From the NCBI GenBank assembly GCA_951406725.2, contig OX597823.1, forward strand, positions 81,530,001 through 81,594,000: a stretch of DNA of 64,000 nucleotides, written 5' to 3'. Under the pieces are notes generated by a model. That model made no database searches. It had not been told where the DNA came from and was given only the letters and a program-made list of their open reading frames with translations. The position numbers and the translations under genes are program-made. Below, in pieces: positions 28,011 through 43,637 of this stretch (the stretch's first letter is position 1; every line of letters begins with the position of its first letter). Origin of the DNA: Octopus vulgaris. Taxonomy: Eukaryota.

Positions 28011-28421
28011 GATGAAATCCACTCAATCACACGCCAGATTTTACCATAACGATAAATACGCGTGCGGTTCAATTGATTACATCGGACGTTATAATTCAAA
28101 TGCCCCAACCAACAGCGCGCCAAACTCTCACGGAAAACAAATACAGCATTTAGAAATAAATGCAGCATAATTATAATTAAATAATAAGGGTGAGAGAATT
28201 AGATACTAATTTAATAGTACATTTATTCCACACCAAGTGGCCTAGTGCTACGAGAAACCTGGATTATTATAATATTTTATAACATATTATAATATTTTCC
28301 GTGAGAGTTTGGCGCGCTGTTGGTTGGGGCATTTGAATTATAACGTCCGATGTAATCAATTGAACCGCACGCGTATTTATCGTTATGGTAAAATCTGGCG
28401 TGTGATTGAGTGGATTTCATC

Positions 28422-28515
28422 CAGATAGTCTTGGCTGAAGAGCTACAAATGGATTACTGTAAGTAATATTACATTTAATTCATTAATAGCGAAACAATTG
28501 TCCCAAAATAATCTG
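28422..28515 (+). ncRNA. Type I hammerhead ribozyme (array copy 4)
   Basis: Stem I CAGAT-agtc-TTGG / CCAA-aata-ATCTG. Core CTGAAGA at 28435-28441. Stem II GCTA..AATGGATTA.TGTAA[gtaata]TTACA..TAATTCATT..TAGC. GAAA at 28491. Palindromic stem III ACAATTGT. GUC triplet, predicted cut after 28502. Confidence 0.9.
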
Positions 28516-28955
28516 TATTTTTGTTATTTTTTATTTGCCCTGTCCGTGTGAGCTAACAGTCGTACCGGCTTTCATGGGAAACATGTATTTTTCGTGGTTG
28601 AAACCTCTTGGATTAACTGGTGCTAGAGTGATCAATATAGTGAACACTCTCTTATATTTATTTTGTGAAAATATTATAATATGTTATAAAATATTATAAT
28701 AATCCAGGTTTCTCGTAGCACTAGGCCACTTGGTGTGGAATAAATGTACTATTAAATTAGTATCTAATTCTCTCACCCTTATTATTTAATTATAATTATG
28801 CTGCATTTATTTCTAAATGCTGTATTTGTTTTCCGTGAGAGTTTGGCGCGCTGTTGGTTGGGGCATTTGAATTATAACGTCCGATGTAATCAATTGAACC
28901 GCACGCGTATTTATCGTTATGGTAAAATCTGGCGTGTGATTGAGTGGATTTCATC

Positions 28956-29049
28956 CAGATAGTCTTGGCTGAAGAGCTACAAATGGATTACTGTAAGTAA
29001 TATTACATTTAATTCATTAATAGCGAAACAATTGTCCCAAAATAATCTG
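28956..29049 (+). ncRNA. Type I hammerhead ribozyme (array copy 5)
   Basis: Same motif 534 bp downstream of 28422. Confidence 0.9.
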
Positions 29050-29489
29050 TATTTTTGTTATTTTTTATTTGCCCTGTCCGTGTGAGCTAACAGTCGTACC
29101 GGCTTTCATGGGAAACATGTATTTTTCGTGGTTGAAACCTCTTGGATTAACTGGTGCTAGAGTGATCAATATAGTGAACACTCTCTTATATTTATTTTGT
29201 GAAAATATTATAATATGTTATAAAATATTATAATAATCCAGGTTTCTCGTAGCACTAGGCCGCTTGGTGTGGAATAAATGTACTATTAAATTAGTATCTA
29301 ATTCTCTCACCCTTATTATTTAATTATAATTATGCTGCATTTATTTCTAAATGCTGTATTTGTTTTCCGTGAGAGTTTGGCGCGCTGTTGGTTGGGGCAT
29401 TTGAATTATAACGTCCGATGTAATCAATTGAACCGCACGCGTATTTATCGTTATGGTAAAATCTGGCGTGTGATTGAGTGGATTTCATC

Positions 29490-29583
29490 CAGATAGTCTT
29501 GGCTGAAGAGCTACAAATGGATTACTGTAAGTAATATTACATTTAATTCATTAATAGCGAAACAATTGTCCCAAAATAATCTG
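29490..29583 (+). ncRNA. Type I hammerhead ribozyme (array copy 6)
   Basis: Same motif a further 534 bp downstream. Confidence 0.9.
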
Positions 29584-29857
29584 TATTTTTGTTATTTTTT
29601 ATTTGCCCTGTCCGTGTGAGCTAACAGTCGTACCGGCTTTCATGGGAAACATGTATTTTTCGTGGTTGAAACCTCTTGGATTAACTGGTGCTAGAGTGAT
29701 CAATATAGTGAACACTCTCTTATATTTATTTTGTGAAAATATTATAATATGTTATAAAATATTATAATAATCCAGGTTTCTCGTAGCACTAGGCCACTTG
29801 GTGTGGAATAAATGTACTATTAAATTAGTATCTAATTCTCTCACCCTTATTATTTAA

Positions 29858-33099
<3,242 letters not shown>

Positions 33100-33863
33100 C
33101 TTAGATAATAAAACAAATAGTTTATTCCTGTAGCTTGATCCCCTTTGAAATTTTCGCAGAAATTTCAATGAGTTTCACAGGAGCAATGGTAATATACGTG
33201 TAAATGTTTGGTGAAGATCATAACAAATGTGCATGATTGAAGGTTCAGTTATATTGATTACTATCTATCCGTGTGAATCTCTTTGAAATTTCTTTGAACA
33301 TTTGAACATTTGATCACTTAAACTTGTTTTTCCAATTTTTGCCTTGTAACTTTAAACTCTCCTAAACCCTTTATTTATTTATTTATTTATTTATTTGTAC
33401 CATTGATAAGCAAAAAACTCGGACTATTTTATATTTGAATAAATTTATTACAAAATTTAAAAATGACTACATGGTTTGAGATTCAGGTGCATTTTCAAAC
33501 CCCAAAACAAATTATTCTTTATTTTTTCCTGTGGGCAAATACACTTCTCTCCAAATATATAAGTTTGGTACTTATTCTATCGGTCACTTTTTGCTGAACT
33601 GCTAAGTATTGGGGAGATAAACAAGCCAGTACCAGTTGTAAGTCAGTGAATGGAAGGAAACAAACACAATGCCATGCACATATACACATACACAGCTAGA
33701 TAGACAGACAGACAGACAGATAGACAGAGAGATATATTTCTGAATACAGAGGGGACAAATTACAAAGTAGAGCTTTTCTTTTTGGGGGAGGAAGAAAAAA
33801 AGTGGGGCAGGTTTTCGATCAATAGGGATCATAAAAAAGAAAGTAAAAAGATGATAAACAGAC

Positions 33864-33901
<38 letters not shown>

Positions 33902-34578
33902 ACAGGGAGAGAAAGAAAGAGAGAGAGAGACAGGCAGACAGATGTATAGACAGATAGAATGATAGATACTATCCAATGTGTCTCTCACTTTTCAAAATGG
34001 ATAGGGTGTAACTTGAGAGCGATATCACTGCTATTTCTAGCAGGGTGAGCCAGAAGTATGTAGAGGCATCCCTGTTGGTTCAACAACCATTTTCTATCCT
34101 AAGCATAGGTAGTTGGGATTTTATAATTTCTAGTTTTGCACATTATTCGAGCATCTGTGTTTTTACAGTTGGATGCTTTCACACTGCAAATCAGTCAAGT
34201 GTGAAATAGAATTGGGATTTATTGTCTGTTAGGGAGATCATGGAAGATGACAACAACAACAATGCTGTTTTCCAATAGCATCAACCAGTGTTGTCAGTGC
34301 ATTCATTATTCACCTGTGCTTCGTATGGTATATTATAATGTTTGTACGTATATATACACACACACACACACACATATATATAAACACATACATATAAATA
34401 TATATATATATATATATATAAGCCTGTGTATGTATGTATATATATATATATAAACATGTGCTTACATATATACGCATATATGTACATATGTACACACACA
34501 TATATATACATTCATATATGTATATATATAAACATGCACTTACATATATACACATATGTACATATGTACACACACACG

Positions 34579-34610
<32 letters not shown>

Positions 34611-34656
34611 AACATGCACTTACATATATGTACATATATACACACACATATATACA

Positions 34657-34696
<40 letters not shown>

Positions 34697-34789
34697 CCAA
34701 CACACCCACACACACAAATGAATGTATATTTAATTTGTGTCAGATTTTTTTTTAATGCTCATATATTTACCTTTTTTTGTTACTTGCAG

Positions 34790-34939
34790 CTGAAGCAGAT
34801 ATTTGATTGGCCGATAATATCAACCAATCGTCAATGCATCATTCACCCCAGCTCCATCAAGAATACAGACACCATTGAACAAGGTTTCAAAAAACTATGT
34901 GGAAAATTGCAGATAAATGCATCTAGTCCAGGAAAATAA
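34790..34939 (+). CDS. ARL15: ARL15 terminal coding exon
   Basis: Polypyrimidine tract plus ttgcAG at 34789; phase 0, compatible with the donor at 1360. Translates LKQIFDWPIISTNRQCIIHPSSIKNTDTIEQGFKKLCGKLQINASSPGK*, aligning by eye to the ARL15 C-terminus (IKKYFEL...WILQPCSL..MDALKDSF..L). Confidence 0.8.
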   Translation: MKQIFDWPIISTNRQCIIHPSSIKNTDTIEQGFKKLCGKLQINASSPGK

Positions 34940-36096
34940 GTAATGAAGTCATGAAAGTGTCTTAAAAATTGTAATTTTTCTCCACATTGGGGCAAGAATA
35001 TGTATTTATTTATTTGTGTTCATTATTGTCATTGGACGCAGTATCCAATATTTGATTAATTCACCAGATTTAATCAGTTTCTGTATCAGAATTTGATTAA
35101 TCCATCATGCATCTTATCACTCAATATATTCATTGGAAAAAATTTTATGCTCCTTGTAAGCGTATGTCTCTGACCTGATTTTCATTCCCAGTTATACTCA
35201 TCTCACTTCACATTCATCACTAATGCCTTGAATGTCACACAATTCTAATTTCTTCCGTCTTTTTAAAAGTAAGGCTGTGGGCCTACATAAAAAAAAAATC
35301 ATTATTCATTTATTCCACTAACCTCACAATCTATCAAAATTTTATTGTTGTATCTTGGGTGAGTCATAATTCCAATAATAAACACATGCATTGGTTCTAT
35401 TTCACTTTATTTGTCAATTGGTTAACTGACTAATTAACCACTCAGTCATTTGATTGATTGATTTACCAAATGATTAATCAAACAATTGATTAGTTAATTG
35501 ATGAAATAATGAACTGACTGATGAATAAATAATAAAGAAGTGAAATACGACCAGTGAGTGTGTGTGTGTGTCCTATGTAACATGTGTTTATTACTGGCAT
35601 AATGACCCTCCCAAAATGCTATAAAACATGCTTCAACTGATGAGTTCACATCAAAAATCTTGCAAACCAAATACAAAAATGACATTTTTATTTATTTATC
35701 TATTATTTTTTTTTCATTCTTCTTAAAATATTTAATATTTTCATTAAAATTCCTGGATGGGTGATTTGGCAGAAATAGTATGCAAACACTCTATGTGCTT
35801 TAGTTATAACTACTTGAGTGTCTTAATTTAATGAGGGTTGATGTTGATTTTTTCCATCTCAGTAATTCCCATCCCAACCAACAGATTATTTTATATATAA
35901 CACAGGACTGTTCCTCCACATAGTACCTATTTACATTGATGTGGTCTGAGCTATATGAAAATTTATTGTTTTTACTATGGGTTTACCATTGCCCTGATAA
36001 TAAGATATGAATAGTCAATCCTTTGGCTGGTGGACTAACAAACTTATTACAACCATCTGTAGCAAACAATAGATCTATATTTGGAGCAATAGGTAC

Positions 36097-36287
36097 ATCA
36101 TGCTCGGAATGGTCTGTGGCAAGAGAGGAAGAGGCCGACTATGAACCCGCTGGCGTGACACCATCAAGAGTGATACCGGAATGGACATAGCCAATCTGAA
36201 AGAAGCGGCCCAGGATAGAACTGACTGGAGGACACTGATCCATCAAGTAACCAAGAGTCGACTTCGACTGAGCGGATAAAGAAGAAG
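36097..36287 (+). mobile_element. RTE/BovB-like LINE 3' end
   Basis: MLGMVCGKRGRGR...LKEAAQDRTDWRTLIHQVTKSRLRLSG* followed by an (AGA)n tail. Confidence 0.7.
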
Positions 36288-36957
36288 GTACATGACTTAA
36301 CATCTAGTCATTTCCTTGAGTACATGAGAGTTGATATGGGAGTACAAAGGGCTTAGCAGTTAGGGTATTCAGCTTATGATCATAAGACGATGAGTTCAAT
36401 TCCCGGCAATGCATTATGTCCTTAAGCAAAACACTTTACTTCACATTGCCCCAGTCCACTCAGCTGTTCCTGTATTTCATAGGTCCACCCTTGTCACACT
36501 CTGTGTCATGCTGAATCTTCCTTAGAACTACATTAAGGGTACATGTGTCTGTAGAATGCTCAGCCACTTGCACGTTAATTTCATGAGCAGGCTGTTCCGT
36601 TAATCGGATCAACTGGAACACACGTCGTAACCAATGGAGTGCCAGTTTTTTTTTTTTTTTTTTTTTTATGGAACTACACAACTGCACAAGCTATCAACTG
36701 CAGTTTTATATCTAATGCATTATCATGAATAATATTTTACTTCAAAATCCCTTATATCCTTCCTCTCCATAAATATCCCTCTTCATCTTTCTGTTTAACT
36801 TAGCTGTAATAAGACCCACAGTATAGTTTAAAGTAGTTTATACATAATGATCATCACTGCTATAATTTACATAGAGTAATTATCGCTACTATTGTTACAT
36901 AAAATATTCATTGTCACTTTCATCATCATCATCATCATCATTCTATTATTCTATCAA

Positions 36958-37318
36958 GTTGAGCAATTCGATCCCAGGACTTATTCTGTGTAAGCCTAGT
37001 ACTTATTCTATCGGTCTCTCTTGCCGAACTGCTAAGTGATGGGGACGTAAACACACCAGCATCAGTTGTCAAGCGATGTTGGGGGGACAAACACAGACAC
37101 ACAGACATATACATACACACACACACAAACACACACACACACACACACACATATACGACAGGCTTCTTTCAGTTCCCGTCTACCAAATCCACTCACAAGG
37201 CTTTGGTTGGTCCGTGGCTATAGTAGAAAACACTTGCCCAAGATGTCACACAATGGGACTGGACCCGGAACCATGTGGTTGGTAAGCAAGCTACTTACCC
37301 CACAGCCACTCCTGTGCC
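36958..37318 (-). mobile_element. SINE family 1 (3'-clipped)
   Basis: Homology to the other copies. Confidence 0.8.
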
Positions 37319-38324
37319 TCATTATCATCATATAATGTTCACCTTTTCAATGCTTGCATAGGTCAGACAATTTGTTGAGGTAGATTTTCTACAACTGGAT
37401 GTCCTTCCTGTTGCCAACCTTCACCTGTTTCCAAGTAAGGTAATATTTCTCCATGGCCTGACATGTTTTTAAGGAAGACTGGAAATGAACCACATTATAT
37501 ACTGGTGATACTCACAATCATCACATAATATCAAAACACACAGACATACACACAGTCACACACACACACACATACACACACATAAGTACACAAATTCACT
37601 CACGAGGTCTTGTTCTACCTGGGACTATAGCAGATGACACTTGCTCAATGGGCTGCACAGTGGGACTGAACCCAAGACCTCATGGTTATAACTTACACAT
37701 TTTAGTCATTATATTTAATTATAATCATTATTACATCTGATGACTACTATATCACTGCAAAACTGTACAGCCTGATATGGTTAGGCTGATGGACTCATAA
37801 TTGTGAGGATTTGATTCACAGACTGAGAAACACACTGATTTCTTAGGCAAGGTACTTCATTTTACATTATCCCAATCCAATCCACTCAGCTAAAAATGTA
37901 TTATGTCAGCTGCTGAGTTGCTCCTTTACAGATTATTGGGCCATATTATTACAAATGCAAGATGTCAGTGACCCTTGATGGCTATGGAAGGTAAGTCATC
38001 ATAGCTATAGTTACATATATATACTAGTTACTCTAGCCATAGTTATTTTTAGTAACTTGAGTATGACTTTAAATTACATCTAATCATCGGGCCCTAGTTT
38101 GGGCATTCCAGAGTTTTGAGGAGTGTGGACCCACCTCTTAGCCACTATTGTTCCCATCTCTATTCAGACTTAGCGTAGTAACTACTGCCAAGGTCCCATC
38201 TATGGGTTAACTAGCATGTCGTGGAAGAAGGTCACAGACACCCTAGCAGATCCTGGGCAGATGAGGTCCTTCAGTTCTTTAGCTGCTTACCTAAGAGAAG
38301 GTAACTCTATACAAATCTCTCTTC

Positions 38325-38720
38325 TTTTCTACTCTAGGCACAAGGCCCAAAATTTTTTGGGAGGGAGCCAGTCGATTAGATCGACCCCAGTTCGCAATTG
38401 GTACTTAATTTATCGACCCTGAAAAGATGAAAGACAAAGTCAACCTTGGCGGAGTTTGAACTCAGAACATAATGACATACAAAATACCTATTTCTTTACT
38501 ACCCACAAGGGGTTAAACACAGAGAGGACAAACAAGGACAAACAAACAGATTAAGCCGATTATATCGACCCCAGTGCATAACTGGTACTTACTTAATTGA
38601 CCCTGAAAGGATAAAAGGCAAAGTTGACCGTGGCGAAATTTGAACTCAGAACGTAACGACATACAAAATACTGGTAAGCATTTCGCCCGGCACGCTAACG
38701 GTTCTGCCAGCTCGTCGCCT
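38325..38720 (-). mobile_element. SINE family 3 (partially dimeric)
   Basis: Minus strand ggcgacgagctggcagaaccgttagcg...gttctgagttcaaatt..gtcaactttgcctt; second half internally duplicated. Other copies at 48010-48248, 61797-61972 and 63457-64000. Confidence 0.75.
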
Positions 38721-39337
38721 TACAAATCTCTCTTCTTGATAACTACTGAGCTCATGTCACTTAGGACCAGGTCTGCTCAAACCATACCAACTATGATGAT
38801 ATTCATTGGACAGATTGTTCAGCAAACCAAGATACCAGTACCAACATTGTCACACTTTCTTCATACGTCCAGTGGCGATGAGGAGAGAAGAGATGGGAAC
38901 AAGTACAGGATGCTACTGCAAGTCTTCAGCTTTGATCCTACACACAGACGGCCATAGGGTAATGGTCTGCAATCCTACGATGTGCAGCTGTGTGTCATTG
39001 AGCTCACATTCATCAAAGCAACGAGAGAGACCATCAGCTTTTATTTAGTAGTCACCATAGCTAAAATAACACACACAAGACATGACAGTTATAGCTTACA
39101 TACTGTAGTCATCACTGCCACACTTTGCATAAGCATCATTGCTGCAGTAACATAAAATAGTCGTCTCTGCTTCCAGCAGTTATAGGTTTAGAAAACTTAA
39201 ATATAGATTTATGCTTTTGAAATGCATTTGTAACATACTGTTCACACGTTTTATAGAAACATCAATACTCATCTTTATCTTCTTGGTTATATCTTTTTTT
39301 ATATTTTTCATCTCATCATCATCATCACTGTCATCAT

Positions 39338-39369
<32 letters not shown>

Positions 39370-39411
39370 TCATTCTTGTTATTATTATTATTACTGTTAC
39401 TATTATTATTA

Positions 39412-39455
<44 letters not shown>

Positions 39456-40214
39456 GTCATTGTTATTATTGTTTTTATTAGGGTGGTAAATTCAGAAGCG
39501 GTAAAGTGAAGGGCAAAAATGCTTTTCAGTATTTAGTTGCATTCCTTTATGTTCCGCATTCAAATCCCTCTGGAGTTGATTTTTGTCTTTCATCCTTCTG
39601 ATGTCTATGAATTAAGTATCTCAGTCTACTTTGAGGATCAATAGTAAAGTCTATAACCTTCTCTAGAAATTTGTAGCCTTGTGCTTAAGTCAGACATCAT
39701 CATCATCATCATAGTCATCATCGTCATCATCATCATAGTCATCATCATCATCATCAGCATCATCATCAGCAACATCTAGAGCAGAAATAGTGGTGCATTG
39801 AACTAAATTCCTGAACATATTTAGTTATATTTCTCATTCTACAGTCTGTGTTCAATTCCTGTTAGGTTTCTTTTTAATTGTTTCCTTATGGGAGAAATAA
39901 AATAAGTTCTGATTTTATATTAGGAGTGATTCAGTCAAATATATCCTTGCTCCCCCAAGGATGTGTGGCCTCGTGTCAAACTGAAAAATTATTATTGTTG
40001 TTTATTGTGGTTCTTTACATTCTGGGTTCAAATCCTGCTGAAGTCAACTTTGCCTATTAATTCTCTTAGGTCATCAAAGGAAAGTACTAATCATGTCTTA
40101 GGATCATCTAAGCCCTTCCTCATTAAAACTTGCTGGCCTTGTGCCAAAATTTGAAACAACTATTTTTTATTATTATCAATTAAAAGCTATTAAATGCTAA
40201 TTTTATTAGCAGGA

Positions 40215-40545
40215 ATATCATCCTGAAGTTTGGTAACAACAAGTTTCCTCAGATGTCAAAAATCTTTCTTAGTATTCTTGCAGATGGCATTTTTCAGCAG
40301 GTCAGTGATATGAGCCTCAAGTCCAAAATCCCTCAGCCTGTTCGGTGGCAGTTTGGGTGTTGTGCCAAGTGTATGAATAACCACAACATCAAATGTCACC
40401 TTTGTCTTCCAAAATCTCTTCATGTCTCTGGCTAGGTCCTGATATTTCTCAAGTTTACCATTTTGTTTTTGGTGTCCACTCTTCTATCATATGGAATTTC
40501 AAAGTCCATGATCTTACATTGTATTTTTTCTTTCTTTTTTTTGTT
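40215..40545 (-). mobile_element. Degenerate R4/Dong-like RLE fragment
   Basis: Minus strand, frameshifted: CKIMDFEIPYD... KLEKYQDLARDMKRFWKTKV..VVVIHTLGTTPK. Confidence 0.65.
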
Positions 40546-41704
40546 CTTTGCTTGTTATCTTTTGGTCTCCTTGCTACAACAGTATGGATGATACTCATTT
40601 TCAGCTGACTGAACTGAGCAATGTTAAATGACATGCTTTGCCCTTGGCCAAAATGAACAACTGAGTCCAGGAGTTGAACCTACAACATTATAATCATGAG
40701 CACAACATTCTAACCGCTAGACCACATAATTGTTATGCTGTGGTTATTAAAGACTCTACAATTCTGTTTCCAGAGGCTTTTTCAGAGGCACATGGGTTAG
40801 TGATTAGGGGGATTTGGCTCACAAGTATAAGTTTATGAGTTTGATATCTGAAGGCACATTGTGTCTCTGAGCAAGATGCTTTATCTTTATTTAATGTTGA
40901 TCCATTTCACTCAACTGGAAAAAATGGGTAGTACCTGTATTTCAAAGGGCCAGCCTTATTACATCCTGTGTTGCACTAAATCTCCCTGAAAATAACATTA
41001 AGGGCATGCATATCTGTGGCGTGCTCAGCCACTTGCACATTATTTCATTATTTTTACAAGCAGGATCAACTGGAACCCTTGTCATCATAACCAATAGAGG
41101 GCCAGTTAGCTTTCTTGAGTAATCCTTACTAAATCTCATTGCCAATGTTTGTCTTTATTAAAATTTGGTGACATTCTCCAAAGTAGTGCTGTTTACTTTG
41201 ATTAGTGAAGCACATACTTAAGTGTTGGCTAGGAGTTACCAGCTCCAAAAGTTTCTCTGCTTAACATTCACTGGGGACGTTGGAGCAAAAGGTGGGAGAT
41301 TAAACTAAAACATAATGAAATATAGGTGAATCATGTATGTGATGAGTTTAATGGTCTGTTGTATGCCAACCATTAAGCACAGCAAAGATATGAGTTTCAA
41401 GTATGTGTCTACAAGAGAGCTGGACACCTGGATAACCTGGTGAAAATTAATGTATGTATATCAATATTAATATCAATATATATATATATATATTTATGAG
41501 AGGTTTTGGTATCCAGAAGACCCAAAATGGCAGGTAAGGCTATGTAAGTGTTATGGAAGGACTGTAGTTTAGTTTGACTCCTGGTTCAATAATAGTTTGA
41601 GTAAGGAGTCTAATGCAGGTTATGTGTATGTATATGTTAAATAAAATGAGACAACAAAGCCAAGGCAGTGTGAACTTTCTAGGACATTTATAAAGAGAAA
41701 GGTA

Positions 41705-41752
41705 GTCTTACAGTTGTTTCAGGTATATGAGGGATATCGCTTCATCAGAGAC
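41705..41752 (-). ncRNA. Inverted sister hammerhead (stem II with two mismatches)
   Basis: Reverse complement reads GTCT CTGATGA AGCGATAT ccctc ATATACCT GAAAC AACT GTA AGAC. Confidence 0.7.
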
Positions 41753-42015
41753 AATATGAAAGAGTCAAATAGAGGGAAATAGTAGAGTACAATATAAAAA
41801 GTTATTTCTTATTCTTTTATTCTCTTATTTCCGTTTATATTCTCTATATCTCTTGCTTCCCAAAACAGAGATGACGTGAGAGAGTTAAATAGAAGGAAAT
41901 AGTAGAGTTCAGTATAAGAAGTTATTTTTTACTCACCTATTTCCCTTTATACTCCCTTTCCAAAATAACTTCTTATATTGAACTACTATTTCCTTCTAGT
42001 TAGCTCTCTCATATT

Positions 42016-42063
42016 GTCTCTGATGAAGGGATATCCCTCATATCCCTGAAACAACTGTAAGAC
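42016..42063 (+). ncRNA. Minimal type I hammerhead ribozyme
   Basis: GTCT CTGATGA AGGGATAT ccctc ATATCCCT GAAAC aact GTA AGAC: full core, perfect 8-bp stem II, stem I GTCT/AGAC, GUA triplet. Confidence 0.85.
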
Positions 42064-42688
42064 TACCTTTCTCTTTATAAATTTCCTAGAAATTTAACAC
42101 TGCCTTGGCTTTGTCGTCTCATTTTATATAACACACACACACATACATATGTATACACATTTATGTACTCACACACTCACATATGTATATATGTTTAAAT
42201 ACGTATAGATATATATTTATGTATATATGCATGTGTGTGTATATATATACATATTATACATATCTGTGTTGTGTGTGTGTTCTTAAATGTCTCTTTACAT
42301 TTCACACCACTTGACAAGAAAAGTGTCCCATAACTTAGCAGTTCAATAAATAGAAATTGTTAAAATAAATACTAAATTAAAAGATATTAAGTATTGAGGT
42401 CAATATGATAAACTAAGATCACATTAAGGAAAGTGCTCCAACATCGCTGCAGTCAAAAGATAGAACCAAATAAAAGGGAATATATATGCATTTATAGAAA
42501 GACTTTTTTCCCCCTTCATCTGATATTATATTTATTTATTTATTTATTTGCAATCTCTCCTCTTTCTTTCTTTCCTTTTTTAGCACCCTTTCTCTTTTCT
42601 CCACTGCCAAATATCTGACCACCCCCTCCAACTCTTTATTCTGGAACCTAAAGATTTTCTCCTGCAATGCTTCATATTTATACCTATA

Positions 42689-43571
42689 TGAGGTCTGATC
42701 AATAAGTATCTGGACTGTTGCCATAGTAACGAAGCTAAAGCACACAGAGTAAAGCTGCTTGGCACAGATTGACCTTGAACTTTGCTGTGCATGCACACTA
42801 AGTTTTAACATTATAGCTCACTTCTGCTTTTTACAGCAGTGTTTGAAAGGAATGTGTGTAGCGTGTAATCGTCACATTGACCATGACAGAGAAAGTTGTC
42901 ATGGCGATACCTGCTCAGAGGCTTGCGCAAAGTTGTAGAAAGTATATGGAGAGGAGTGTATGAGCTGTACACAAGTGTATGAGTGGTTCAGATGTTTCCA
43001 AGATGGCTGAAAAAATGTTGGTAATGATGAATGTTCTGGGAGACCCACAAACAGCAGAACTGAGAAAAACATTGCAGAAGTGTGTGCAGCTGTGAAGGGA
43101 AATCGTTGAATCACCATCTGTGAGTTATCAGAAGATGTGCAGATTAGTTATGGTCCAGTTCAGTCCATTATCACTGAAGATTTGGGTATGAGACACATTC
43201 CTGTCAAGTTTGTGCCAAAACTGCTTTCAGCTGACCAGAAAGACCCTCAGGTTTCAGCTGCACAAGATCTCCCTGATTGTGTCAAGAATGATGAAAACTT
43301 TGCATAGGCCCCTGAACGGGTATTGCCAAGCTTTTGGCAAAATTTGGTGCAGATTCTTGCTCAACTTACTCCATCATAGTCAATGCAACAATCACACGCT
43401 ACACACCTTCCTTCGAAGAATTGCTGTAAATAGCGGAAGTGAGCTAGAATGTTAAAACTTAGTGCTCATGCACAGCAGAGGTCAAAGTCAATCTGTGCCA
43501 TGCAGATTCACTCTGCATGCATTAGCTTCGTTACTATGGCAACAGTCCAGATACTTATCGATCAGACCATG
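42689..43571 (+). mobile_element. Mariner-derived non-autonomous element with about 210-bp TIRs and TA TSD
   Basis: 42689-42898 and about 43362-43571 are inverted repeats flanked by TA. Interior encodes a decayed mariner N-terminus (VYEWFRCFQDG, SGRPT, LGMRHIPVKFVPKLL) and no catalytic domain. Confidence 0.88.
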
Positions 43572-43637
43572 TACATGTACGTGCATATACTTCCATAAGA
43601 ACATGCATGCATTTTTGCATGTATCAATACTAGTCAT

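Larger units (their letters stand above)
26699..29857. mobile_element. Hammerhead-containing 534-bp tandem plus inverted array (non-LTR retrozyme / Penelope-like pLTR-derived, non-autonomous)
   Basis: gagagtgttc recurs at 26713, 27247 and 27781 (period 534). From 28295 the unit continues as its reverse complement (gtgagagttt at 28301, 28835, 29369). Only a few SNPs between copies, no ORF, flanked by (TA)n on both sides, one HHR per unit. Confidence 0.85.
41641..42127. mobile_element. Fold-back HHR element (family C), arms about 165 bp
   Basis: 41641-41807 is an imperfect inverted copy of 41963-42127. An internal partial direct repeat lies at about 41877-41927. Flanked by TG/CA/TA repeats. 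Confidence 0.8.

Noticed and set aside
26699-29857. CRISPR array, rDNA or simple satellite interpretation
   Set aside because: No unique spacers, no rRNA similarity, low copy number, and an HHR in every unit.
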